Source: a virus. Taken from it: a stretch of DNA of 64,000 nt. Below, piece by piece: positions 54,278 to 62,523 of the stretch. The stretch lies in the IMG/VR virus record IMGVR_UViG_3300045135_002242, positions 31,790 to 95,789 of that record. One strand, 5' to 3'. The notes under the pieces were generated by a model, which saw only the letters and a program-made list of their open reading frames with translations, was not told the DNA's origin and ran no database searches. Numbering within the stretch: position 1 is the stretch's first letter; each line of letters opens with the position of its first letter. The position numbers were made by a program, and so were the translations under genes.

Positions 54278-54900
54278 TAAGCAAATCCTCTGTCTTTAAG
54301 TCTATCCGGCATGTGCCAAGAGTCTAACGAATATGCTACCCCTAACTTACGAGCTTCTTGACAGGAGCGGTCAAACCTAATCCAATGAGCATTGTTTTCT
54401 GCTTGCCCATCTCCTCTGATACCTAAGTGCCCCTTATACCCAATATAATGCAATAAAGGACTCACCAACGTTTCTGGTAACTCTAGCTCAGCGTCAAGAT
54501 CATCTACAGTGTAGCTTGTCGGCTTAGCTACATAAACAATAGAAATAAACGTTCTATCCTCTAAAAAAGGTACTTGAACTTCTGTATGGTTGGGAAAAAA
54601 TATACCCATTTCAGCGGCAGTGTCATTAATAGCAATATCGACCAAAGGCGCATCTGGCTTATCTGCCGTCCTGTCACTATCATCGTATGCTTCTAAGGCA
54701 TACATATAATCACTAGGCAAACTATACCTATTTTCTGTAGTCAGTGTGATTACATGTTCTTTTGTTTTTAGGGGGAAACGTTTATACAGTTCTAACATTC
54801 CTAAGTTAAGAAATGTCACAATAGCCGCATCATTGTCTTTTACCGCTACACTATTTAGTTCACTATAACGCGCAGCATCTACTACTTCTTGTAATTTCAT
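54277..54900 (-). CDS. Head-tail adaptor (N4 gp67-like)
   Basis: FLNLGMLELYKRF...LLHYIG; located downstream of terL. Confidence 0.7.
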   Translation of the reverse strand: MKLQEVVDAARYSELNSVAVKDNDAAIVTFLNLGMLELYKRFPLKTKEHVITLTTENRYSLPSDYMYALEAYDDSDRTADKPDAPLVDIAINDTAAEMGIFFPNHTEVQVPFLEDRTFISIVYVAKPTSYTVDDLDAELELPETLVSPLLHYIGYKGHLGIRGDGQAENNAHWIRFDRSCQEARKLGVAYSLDSWHMPDRLKDRGFA

Positions 54901-54957
54901 AAAAAATTCCTAAACTGCTTAGTTACTATGGCAAAAGCGTAACGTCAATCAAAGTAA

Positions 54958-54986
54958 ATTATACTCACATAGATTAAATAAGTCAA
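54958..54986 (-). promoter_or_regulatory. sigma70-type late promoter
   Basis: TTGACT-17 nt-TATAAT. Confidence 0.75.
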
Positions 54987-54998
54987 CAATACAACCTA

Positions 54999-56561
54999 TT
55001 AAAATACCGTACTAAGCTGCTCTACCTCATCCTCTTCATCCCATATAGATTCCCATATAAGTCCGTCTGAAGTTACTTCGGTATTAGTTCTGCTATACTC
55101 ACTAGAGGGTAGATAAATATCCATCTCAGAAAGCTGATTAAGCAGGTCAACAGCATCATCATGGGCTAGAGCTTTAACACCCCCGGCCAAGGTAAACCTA
55201 CTAAGCTCATGCACTAGTTCTTCAACCAAAGTCAACAATCTAGGTGAATGCAGTTTAGCTAGTTCTGGTTTAGGCAGCCAAATTTTATTTTGTTTAAATT
55301 TAGGCTGAACGCCTGTAACAAATCTGTGCACTTTATCTTTAATAGGTCTAATCCCTACATCTTTACTTCCTGGCTTTTTAGCAAAAGTAAACCACACGTT
55401 TCTTTTCATCATAATTTCTTGCATGATAGAAATAAACCCTCCTTGCTGGCCTGAGCTTTCAATACCAACACTGATAGGGTTCCACTTTCTTACATAGCGA
55501 AATAAATCATCAATATTTTCTTGCATTGTCTGTCTAATACACTGACCATCTACTAGCAACCAATCACTATTACTGGATACCGCCCATACCCCAATTGTAG
55601 AAAAGTCAGCAGATTTTTTAGTGCTGGTAGCAAAATCCGTAGAAATATAAAAGTTGTAGCTTTCTTTATTCTTTTTAATAATATCCGGATCGTACCATTG
55701 AATATCCTCTTCATCAACTAGTAGGGTGGTTAGGTCAGTAATCTCAAGCATAAATTCTTGAAAAAAGTCTTGAGCCTTACCAGCAGCTTTATACATTTCA
55801 TACTTATCTAGTACCGCTTCATATGGAAAACGGTCTACCCAATTACCTATAAACTCATTTTTTTCGCAAGGAAACTTTTGGGCAATAGGAAATTTATGTA
55901 CTGCCCACTTTGGGTTATTGCTCAACTGATGAATAATATCTCGTTCAGAAATAGGAGTACCAATAAAGAAAATCTTAAACCTAGTGGGGTGTAAGGCCGG
56001 AATTACGGATTTATAAAAGTTATCATTAATGGTATTTTGGATTGTTTCAGAATTAATAGCATCGTTAGTAGTAATATCATCAAGAATAACAATATCAGGA
56101 CGAGCGCCCTTATAACGAACACCACGAATGTTGGTACTAGCGCCATAACCTTTTAGGTTTAGTTCTACACCATCTGCGTTAGCTAGCTCCATTTCTGAGT
56201 CAGTTTTACGTTTTACCTTGATTAACTGACGAAGCAGTTCAGATCTATCAATTTTGCCTGCAAGGTTACGAAAAAAGTTTTTAGTACCATTTTCCATGCT
56301 ATCGCCAATAAAAGCAATAAACTGCACTTTACCAAAGTTGTGTAAATTACCCATAGCAGCAATATAAAGAACAAACCACTCCATCATAGTAGACTTAGCA
56401 CTACCACGAAAAGCCTCAATTAGTACCTGCTTATCTTTACTAAAATACTTATCTGCTAACCTATAATGGATTTCTGCATTAGCATTATCTTCTACGTTAG
56501 CTGCACGAATAAAAGCAATAAACTTCATCGATTCTTCGCTAGGCACATATGAATCTGTCAT
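54999..56561 (-). CDS. terL: Terminase large subunit (N4 gp68-like)
   Basis: FRGSAKST, RPDIVILDD, IGTP, STDFATS..ADFS, HDDAVD. Confidence 0.92.
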   Translation of the reverse strand: MTDSYVPSEESMKFIAFIRAANVEDNANAEIHYRLADKYFSKDKQVLIEAFRGSAKSTMMEWFVLYIAAMGNLHNFGKVQFIAFIGDSMENGTKNFFRNLAGKIDRSELLRQLIKVKRKTDSEMELANADGVELNLKGYGASTNIRGVRYKGARPDIVILDDITTNDAINSETIQNTINDNFYKSVIPALHPTRFKIFFIGTPISERDIIHQLSNNPKWAVHKFPIAQKFPCEKNEFIGNWVDRFPYEAVLDKYEMYKAAGKAQDFFQEFMLEITDLTTLLVDEEDIQWYDPDIIKKNKESYNFYISTDFATSTKKSADFSTIGVWAVSSNSDWLLVDGQCIRQTMQENIDDLFRYVRKWNPISVGIESSGQQGGFISIMQEIMMKRNVWFTFAKKPGSKDVGIRPIKDKVHRFVTGVQPKFKQNKIWLPKPELAKLHSPRLLTLVEELVHELSRFTLAGGVKALAHDDAVDLLNQLSEMDIYLPSSEYSRTNTEVTSDGLIWESIWDEEDEVEQLSTVF

Positions 56562-56779
56562 AAAAACTCCTCGGGGTACTCGGCAATCGTCATTTTCCGC
56601 AGTATCTTAATACAAGTAGCATACTCTGAAAGAGGGATAGAGTAATTTTCTCCGATATGCACAATATTGTTAGCGTCAACCCAAATAGGGTTGGATGGTT
56701 TGGGAATTGTAACTGAATCAGCTGTTATACTACCACTAGTTATTTGCCCACCAGTAATAAGCCCATTGCTACTAATCAT
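56558..56779 (-). CDS. Small protein with C-terminal PE tag (YPEEFL)
   Basis: Overlaps both neighbours; ATGA-coupled to terL. Confidence 0.6.
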   Translation of the reverse strand: MISSNGLITGGQITSGSITADSVTIPKPSNPIWVDANNIVHIGENYSIPLSEYATCIKILRKMTIAEYPEEFL

Positions 56780-57494
56780 TTACAATTTCACCTTCGATAA
56801 TGTCATCGTTAATGACTTTCATAGCTCCCAGCTCTTTTAAACTAGTGGCCCCGGCTTCTAGGTGTTTAAGGGAGCGTCCTGCAATTTCCGCTAGCTGATC
56901 ATTAAGCTGCTGTACTGCACTAGATTCACTTACGCCAACATCCAACTCCATCTTAATGTTTTCAGGCCCTTTAGTTGCTGCAAGTAACTCTTTAGCGGCA
57001 TTAATCTTATCTCTGTCGTACTTCCCATTTTCCATAATAGTAGCTAGTACACCAATAGCCTTGTATCTATGCCCAGTAAAAATGAGATCTAGAGGTACCT
57101 GACTAGCTGTAAGAATGTCTGTTACAAGCTTAGTACGGCGATACCGTGAAGCGGCACTGGTTAGCTCTGTGTATTTGGGGCTTTCTGTAGGAAGATTTAT
57201 TCGCTCCTTTACAAAATCCCTATCCGCAAACACCTTTTTATACGCTTCAGTGTAGTTAGATTCATTGGTCATCAGATAAGCACAGAACCGAATAGCATTC
57301 AAGTATTCAGGTACAGAAGCTCTAGCATTCTTAAGAACACTCTCATAAGTAGCTGCAGTCTGGATTAGTGATTCGCCTTGAAACTCAGGGTCATCCAAAG
57401 AAGCATTAATAATGTCTACGGCTTCTTGAGTAACAAAGTTTTTCTTTTTAGGCAACGCGCGTTTAACGTCTTCAAGAGTTAAAAGCTCTCCCAT
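56772..57494 (-). CDS. N4 gp69-like protein (possible small terminase)
   Basis: YLNAIRFCAY...YTEAYKKVF...AAKELL; start re-called at ATG 57494 after AAGGA. Confidence 0.7.
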   Translation of the reverse strand: MGELLTLEDVKRALPKKKNFVTQEAVDIINASLDDPEFQGESLIQTAATYESVLKNARASVPEYLNAIRFCAYLMTNESNYTEAYKKVFADRDFVKERINLPTESPKYTELTSAASRYRRTKLVTDILTASQVPLDLIFTGHRYKAIGVLATIMENGKYDRDKINAAKELLAATKGPENIKMELDVGVSESSAVQQLNDQLAEIAGRSLKHLEAGATSLKELGAMKVINDDIIEGEIVND

Positions 57495-57542
57495 AGTGTA
57501 TTCCTTGTAAGTATTGTTATGTATATTATTTATCAGTATAAC

Positions 57543-57572
57543 AAAAAAATGACCCCTAAACAAGGGGCCATT
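57543..57572 (-). terminator. Rho-independent terminator
   Basis: - strand ATGGCCCCT...AGGGGTCAT TTTTTT. Confidence 0.65.
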
Positions 57573-57573
57573 A

Positions 57574-57813
57574 TTAGGAGGAAACATATGAAAACAGATC
57601 ACCACTGTCGTATGTAGGATTATATTCTATATACTCAGCAGAGGCAACTAGGTTTTTATATCTTTTCCATAATTTCTGTGCCCTAATGTTTGCAGCTCTT
57701 ATCACATTAGGATGTACATCTAGTGGGAGATAGTCTGGTATATTATTTATTTGTTGGAAAATAAGATCAAACTCCTCATCTGGAGTCCTTATTTTACTTT
57801 TATTGACTCGCAT
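57574..57813 (-). CDS. Hypothetical protein
   Basis: GGAG RBS, operon packing. Confidence 0.55.
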   Translation of the reverse strand: MRVNKSKIRTPDEEFDLIFQQINNIPDYLPLDVHPNVIRAANIRAQKLWKRYKNLVASAEYIEYNPTYDSGDLFSYVSS

Positions 57814-58186
57814 CGATTAAGTTTTCTCCTGCCAGTAATTTTTCATAAGCTTCTACAACTAGATTCAAATCTACCTCGAAAAATTCGGTAGACCCGCTAA
57901 ACTTCTTTGCAAACTTATAGTTATACTTCTCAAAATACTTATGAAGCTGTGCCTCTTTTTCATAAACATCTGAAGTTTTTTTAAATCTTTTAGGTCTACA
58001 ATAGGGAAACTCTCGGTACTTTTTGAATATACTAACGAGTATTTCAGAAACTCGCTCCTCAATAGTTCTACCAGTAACCCCAATTTTAACTAGTGCCTTA
58101 CCCTCCAGCTCAAAATATACTAAATATAATATACCCGGGTCTTCTCCGGCAGACACTTTTTCTTTTGTTACTTTAAACTTCACCAT
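57800..58186 (-). CDS. T5orf172/GIY-YIG-like nuclease
   Basis: LYLV...VKIGVT...EERV...EAQLH...GSTEFF. Confidence 0.75.
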   Translation of the reverse strand: MVKFKVTKEKVSAGEDPGILYLVYFELEGKALVKIGVTGRTIEERVSEILVSIFKKYREFPYCRPKRFKKTSDVYEKEAQLHKYFEKYNYKFAKKFSGSTEFFEVDLNLVVEAYEKLLAGENLIDASQ

Positions 58187-58404
58187 TACACAAAATACTC
58201 AGGAAAGTTTTGCATATCTTTTTTAGAGTGTTTGCCTTGCCTATCCCTATAAAAAGCAGGCCTAGACTCAATATAAGCTAGTATGCACTCTATAGCGTTA
58301 TCCATACCCCATTCATAGTCATTAACAAAACCTATTTTAGGGTCTACTTCCAAGTCTTGAAGCAAACCAACTAGTTGCTTATGCACATTCTCTACTGTTT
58401 TCAT
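58186..58404 (-). CDS. Small protein with C-terminal PE tag (FPEYFV)
   Basis: Translationally coupled on both sides. Confidence 0.65.
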   Translation of the reverse strand: MKTVENVHKQLVGLLQDLEVDPKIGFVNDYEWGMDNAIECILAYIESRPAFYRDRQGKHSKKDMQNFPEYFV

Positions 58405-59120
58405 TCTACTATCTGGTACTTATAATTCATAAGCTCCGCCACTAACACACTAAACATTTGTTCTTTACTGTTACTGGTACGGAACGCGCTAACTAGGTCC
58501 TTATGCTCCTCTCGTCCAAGCTCGGTAGTTATGTGACTAGCCACACTGTACTGCATAGCCTCTACCTGTTCTGGCTTAACAATCTCTACCTTACCCGCTT
58601 CTTGCTCTTTTTTAACAATACGGGCTAATGTATTTACCTTATTAGTTGTAACCTTATAACCCTTATCAGGATCTATGATAGCTACACTATCCCCATCAAA
58701 TAATGGCCGCACTAGTTCAGGTTTATGCTGTGCTATATATTTAAAGTTCTGGTAACTACGGGTGCTAACTCCCCATTCCGTCGCTACTTCCCTATTACTT
58801 TTCCCAGTACGTTTTTGATCAAAATAAGCACTAGCTAGTTTTTGGGTCTCAGTTAAATTACGTCTAGTATTAAGGCTTTTAACAACTTTAACTACTTCCT
58901 GCTCTGACAGACCCTCCCCTATCTCTCTAGTCTTAAGCTTAATACCTAGGGTATTACAGGCTAGTTGCCTGCATCTTCCATCTACAATCTTACCTTTCCA
59001 AAGTACAACAGGATCATTTTGCCCATTCTTAAGTATGTCTTGAGTTAAGGCTGTTTGCTCTCTTTCACTTGCCATAGCTACTATATTAGCTAGGGGATGC
59101 ACCTCATAGCATTCGTTCAT
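58401..59120 (-). CDS. ParB/Srx-like domain protein with HTH
   Basis: HPLAN...DILKNGQNDPVVLW..IVDGRCR..AC; SLNTRRNLT; REVATEWGVSTRS HTH. Confidence 0.8.
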   Translation of the reverse strand: MNECYEVHPLANIVAMASEREQTALTQDILKNGQNDPVVLWKGKIVDGRCRQLACNTLGIKLKTREIGEGLSEQEVVKVVKSLNTRRNLTETQKLASAYFDQKRTGKSNREVATEWGVSTRSYQNFKYIAQHKPELVRPLFDGDSVAIIDPDKGYKVTTNKVNTLARIVKKEQEAGKVEIVKPEQVEAMQYSVASHITTELGREEHKDLVSAFRTSNSKEQMFSVLVAELMNYKYQIVE

Positions 59121-59143
59121 ATATTCCTCCTATTGCCGCTGAC

Positions 59144-59245
59144 ATTATATACTTTGCGCACTTATTGCGCAACTATTACCTTGTTTTTGCTGAGTGCGCA
59201 AAAGAGTATATAAATATATTATAATTTTACTGCGCAGGTGCGCAA
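59144..59245 (-). promoter_or_regulatory. Two sigma70-like promoters overlapped by five TGCGCA palindromes
   Basis: TTGCGC-17-TATAAT and TTGCGC-16-TATAAT on - strand; TGCGCA at 59155, 59166, 59195, 59231, 59239. Confidence 0.6.
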
Positions 59246-59438
59246 TATTGCTACATCCATAAGGGGAGTACTGATCATGTTAAAGGCGAGTTATACTAAA
59301 AATTTTTAAAATTTTGTAATGGGGCATTACTCCTACTGTCGTCACTTTCGGAATAGGTACCCCCCGGGCTTTGCCCTTAGGGTCCCTTTTTCTGGTCCTT
59401 ACGTGGCGCAATGATGCACCCTAATAGGAGATGATCAC

Positions 59439-59687
59439 ATGATCAACAAGAATTCTTTCGCTAAAGCAAAAGCTTCCGCACCAGTCAAGCTGACTGCTGA
59501 TGAGTTAATCGAGCGCCTGAACGGAGCTCTAGAATCCGCTCCCCAACAGGAGCAGTACGCCGCGATCAAAGATCTCGTCAACAATGCTGCAGTAGCTACA
59601 TTGAAGGCGCACTTCGAGATCGAAGAGTACGTCTCAACGCATCGAATGCGCTGGGACCTGATCAACGCGTACAACGCGGATCAATAA
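59439..59687 (+). CDS. First early protein (hypothetical)
   Basis: AGGAG RBS, followed by a terminator. Confidence 0.7.
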   Translation: MINKNSFAKAKASAPVKLTADELIERLNGALESAPQQEQYAAIKDLVNNAAVATLKAHFEIEEYVSTHRMRWDLINAYNADQ

Positions 59688-59691
59688 ACAT

Positions 59692-59722
59692 GAGGAGGCC
59701 TTCGGGCCTCTTCAGTTTTTTT
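59692..59722 (+). terminator. Rho-independent terminator
   Basis: GAGGAGGCC TTCG GGCCTCTTC AGTTTTTTT. Confidence 0.85.
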
Positions 59723-59873
59723 CTCTACACCTAATAAGATATTACACTTTTACACTTACACCAATTAAGCTGTCCTTATGTGGTGCAATGGGGCATTCAG
59801 TTAGGATGTCCTTATGTAGTGCAATGGGGCTGGCAAGCTAGCTCTGGGAATCATTAACATAAGGGAAACAATC

Positions 59874-60107
59874 ATGGAACTGGTACTAATCATCGTAATC
59901 GCAATCGCAGTCTTGGCTTACTATGGCTTCATGCAAAGTCTCGAAGTAGGTGCAAATATGGCTAACCGTGAAGTAAAGCATCTGGATGATGTGCATATGG
60001 TAAGCATGGTCGAGCGTACAGCCAAGCTGAATGATAAGATCAACGACGAAACTATTGCTCAAGCAGCGGAAGTCAAAGCCAAGCTTGCAGCAATGCGTGG
60101 TGAATAA
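59874..60107 (+). CDS. Early membrane-anchored protein
   Basis: N-terminal TM helix followed by a helical domain. Confidence 0.65.
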   Translation: MELVLIIVIAIAVLAYYGFMQSLEVGANMANREVKHLDDVHMVSMVERTAKLNDKINDETIAQAAEVKAKLAAMRGE

Positions 60108-60193
60108 CCTAAGCCGAAGTCTAGTCTGGGGTAATCTCGGATTAGGCTTTCGGTTTGGCCATAAGATAGAATGTCGAGAAGGAAAGGGCTAAC

Positions 60194-60316
60194 ATGTTCA
60201 AATATATAGAAAAACTGGAAGATAATATCATGTCCAGCAAGATAGGAGCAGCTGTGTTGTCTCTCTCAGTAATACTTACAACAACATCAGCAATAATCAC
60301 AATCTTAGCCATGTAA
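60194..60316 (+). CDS. 40-aa membrane peptide (not in ORF track)
   Basis: MFKYIEKLEDNIMSSKIGAAVLSLSVILTTTSAIITILAM; AAGGG RBS. Confidence 0.45.
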   Translation: MFKYIEKLEDNIMSSKIGAAVLSLSVILTTTSAIITILAM

Positions 60317-60440
60317 AACAAAACAAGTACACGTAGATACACTTGTCACTGATCTTGTTAGATAACTTAGGTACAATTAAACGCAGTAAAACACTGCAAC
60401 ACCTAAGTACATAGCAGCAGAGCAGAACAAAGGGCCAACA

Positions 60441-60548
60441 ATGAGCAAAGCATCCACTATCCGCAAAGAAGTAACTCGTCAATCCGGCGGAACAGCATAT
60501 ATCTATGCCGTAGTAAACGGTGTAGTAACCATGGTAAAGAAAGGATAA
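60441..60548 (+). CDS. 35-aa early peptide (not in ORF track)
   Basis: MSKASTIRKEVTRQSGGTAYIYAVVNGVVTMVKKG; AAGGG RBS; abuts the next gene. Confidence 0.5.
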   Translation: MSKASTIRKEVTRQSGGTAYIYAVVNGVVTMVKKG

Positions 60549-60552
60549 AACC

Positions 60553-60810
60553 ATGAACCTCAAAATGCAAGCAACTACCGTACCGGGACTCTATGTAGCA
60601 CGCCATGAGTCAGCACTCCACCTAGTAATGTCTGATATTGAACATATCGGAGAAGAGGAACGTCCCGTACTGGAATGGTTGGGGCAACTCCATAAACACG
60701 GAAGGTATGCAACACTAAAGGATAAATCTTGGACAATCGACTTGCAGGTTGACTCAGATTACACCTTCACCGCAGACGAATTCCTTGTAAACATGATCGA
60801 AGAGGACTGA
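60553..60810 (+). CDS. Early hypothetical protein
   Basis: AAGGA RBS. Confidence 0.65.
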   Translation: MNLKMQATTVPGLYVARHESALHLVMSDIEHIGEEERPVLEWLGQLHKHGRYATLKDKSWTIDLQVDSDYTFTADEFLVNMIEED

Positions 60811-60813
60811 TCA

Positions 60814-61038
60814 TTGTACTACCCTAAGCCCATCATCAAACAAGCTTACTTGGCAATCCTAGCAGAAAAGGATACAGAAACTAGGCGAGAAGATATCCAA
60901 GCAATGTGGGAAGATATTGAGATGGAATGTGCCATCTATGAATCCGAAACAGGAGCCTACGGGGAAGTAGGTTTCGAATCATACTGGTACGAAGACGTAC
61001 TAGACCAAGTCGAAAAGACTTATAACATCAAAGTATAA
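60814..61038 (+). CDS. Early acidic hypothetical protein
   Basis: GAGGA RBS, TTG start. Confidence 0.6.
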   Translation: MYYPKPIIKQAYLAILAEKDTETRREDIQAMWEDIEMECAIYESETGAYGEVGFESYWYEDVLDQVEKTYNIKV

Positions 61039-61063
61039 CCCAGTTCATACGAAAGGAAACAAT

Positions 61064-61711
61064 ATGAACATCGAAGAACTCAAAGCCAAAGTAAAAGCAC
61101 TCAAAGATGCTAACGATGTCAAAATTCGTGAGGCTGCGGAAGTAGCTCGTCTTGAGGCTACTTTGAAACTAGAGAGCAGTAAAGAGCTGTTCAAAGCTCG
61201 TGTAAAGATGGCAGCTATCAGCCACCAAACCGCAAGCCTTCAAAGCCTCGTTGACGAATGTGCAGAGATCGTTGCATCTGTACCTGTGTACAACCAAAAG
61301 ACCCGCAACAACCGCGTCTGGGCAGGAACACACCGTTACAACATGGGTAATCAAATCGATCTGCTATACCAACTAGCTACCGGTATCCTCTATGCTTGTG
61401 CAGAACATAAACAGTTGCTGCTTACGCATACAGGTTTGGACATGGAGGCAATACAAACCTTTGTAGACGCCTTTGGTACACCTAGCTACTATAGCCGCAA
61501 CTACCATACCATCGTAGAAGCTAAGCCCTATCAGGTTGATGTACTACAGTCGGCTGTAGCAGTGCTGCAGTCTGAACTGGGGGTAGTGGTAAACACTTCT
61601 GCCTTGACGGAAGACAACCTAAAAGCAGAATATGATCGAGCAGAAGTGACAGCAAAGAACAACTTTGATCTAGCGGAAGAAGCTATCAACGATGCCGACC
61701 TAGTTCTGTAA
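61064..61711 (+). CDS. Early hypothetical protein
   Basis: AAGGA RBS; precedes the RNAP II genes. Confidence 0.7.
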   Translation: MNIEELKAKVKALKDANDVKIREAAEVARLEATLKLESSKELFKARVKMAAISHQTASLQSLVDECAEIVASVPVYNQKTRNNRVWAGTHRYNMGNQIDLLYQLATGILYACAEHKQLLLTHTGLDMEAIQTFVDAFGTPSYYSRNYHTIVEAKPYQVDVLQSAVAVLQSELGVVVNTSALTEDNLKAEYDRAEVTAKNNFDLAEEAINDADLVL

Positions 61712-61769
61712 AAACAAAAGTGAGGGGCGTAAAGTCCCTCATTAACCTTTAATGTAGCTGGAGATAAAC

Positions 61770-62519
61770 ATGCGAGAAGAACTACTAAACGGCAAACTTC
61801 CGTTTCCTGGAAAAGCAATTCTTGAGCTGTATGAAGAAGAAGCCAAAGAGATGGTAAGCTTCTGGGATGCCATATGGAAAAATTATCTGCGCAAGCAAGA
61901 TACTAATGGAATCTTCTGGTATGAGAAACTAGGGAGAGTCCCTTACAACGCCTTAGTTCGTGCCTTGTGCCAACATGGTTGGATTACCAGTAACTCTTTG
62001 CCTGGGCGTAAATGGGCTAGCGTAGAACTTAATACTGATAAGCTTTTGGAGTTCGTTACCGTAGACGAGCTTCAACAAATCAAAGCTAATCATCAGTACC
62101 AAAAATACCTGCTAGACTTTAAGCAACCAAGGGCAGCCACACTTGTAAGGCAGAACGGAAAAACTAAACGTACTGGATTAGTACGTACAGGCTTTCGTGA
62201 CGCAGGTGCAACCCAGTTTGGTTACGATATGGCTAAACTAAAGGAGTATGAAGATGCTGTAAAGCTAAACCTTACTAAGTCTATGGATAAGATCCGTAAC
62301 GACTATCCTGAGATGCAGTGTGATAGCGCAAGTTATGACAACGTATCATGTGGTATCTTTGACTGGCACTCAGACAATGAGCTAGAGGTATTCACTACTG
62401 GTGAGAACCTCAACGACAGCAGAGGACGGGCTATCAGCCAATGTCTGAAGAAAGTAGCTAACCCTATCAGTATGAAAGACTTCAGGGCTGCTCTTGTAAT
62501 CACATATGAAGAGGACTAA
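61770..62519 (+). CDS. RNA polymerase II small subunit (N4 gp15-like)
   Basis: DSRGR motif near the C-terminus; paired with the next gene. Confidence 0.8.
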   Translation: MREELLNGKLPFPGKAILELYEEEAKEMVSFWDAIWKNYLRKQDTNGIFWYEKLGRVPYNALVRALCQHGWITSNSLPGRKWASVELNTDKLLEFVTVDELQQIKANHQYQKYLLDFKQPRAATLVRQNGKTKRTGLVRTGFRDAGATQFGYDMAKLKEYEDAVKLNLTKSMDKIRNDYPEMQCDSASYDNVSCGIFDWHSDNELEVFTTGENLNDSRGRAISQCLKKVANPISMKDFRAALVITYEED

Positions 62520-62523
62520 ACCA

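Larger units (their letters stand above)
59395..59830 (+). promoter_or_regulatory. Three copies of GTCCTTAYGTRGYGCAATG: candidate phage-RNAP early promoters
   Basis: Copies at 59395, 59772, 59808, each upstream of the first early genes. Confidence 0.55.

Noticed and set aside
17106-59120. Numerous + strand ORFs of 60-180 aa inside late genes (e.g. 19687, 29436, 38783, 44456)
   Set aside because: Antisense shadows of real - strand genes; Ser/Leu-rich, no RBS.
59150-59430. Terminal direct repeat of the N4-type genome
   Set aside because: Strand switch and non-coding character fit a genome end, but only one copy is visible, so boundaries cannot be called without read data.
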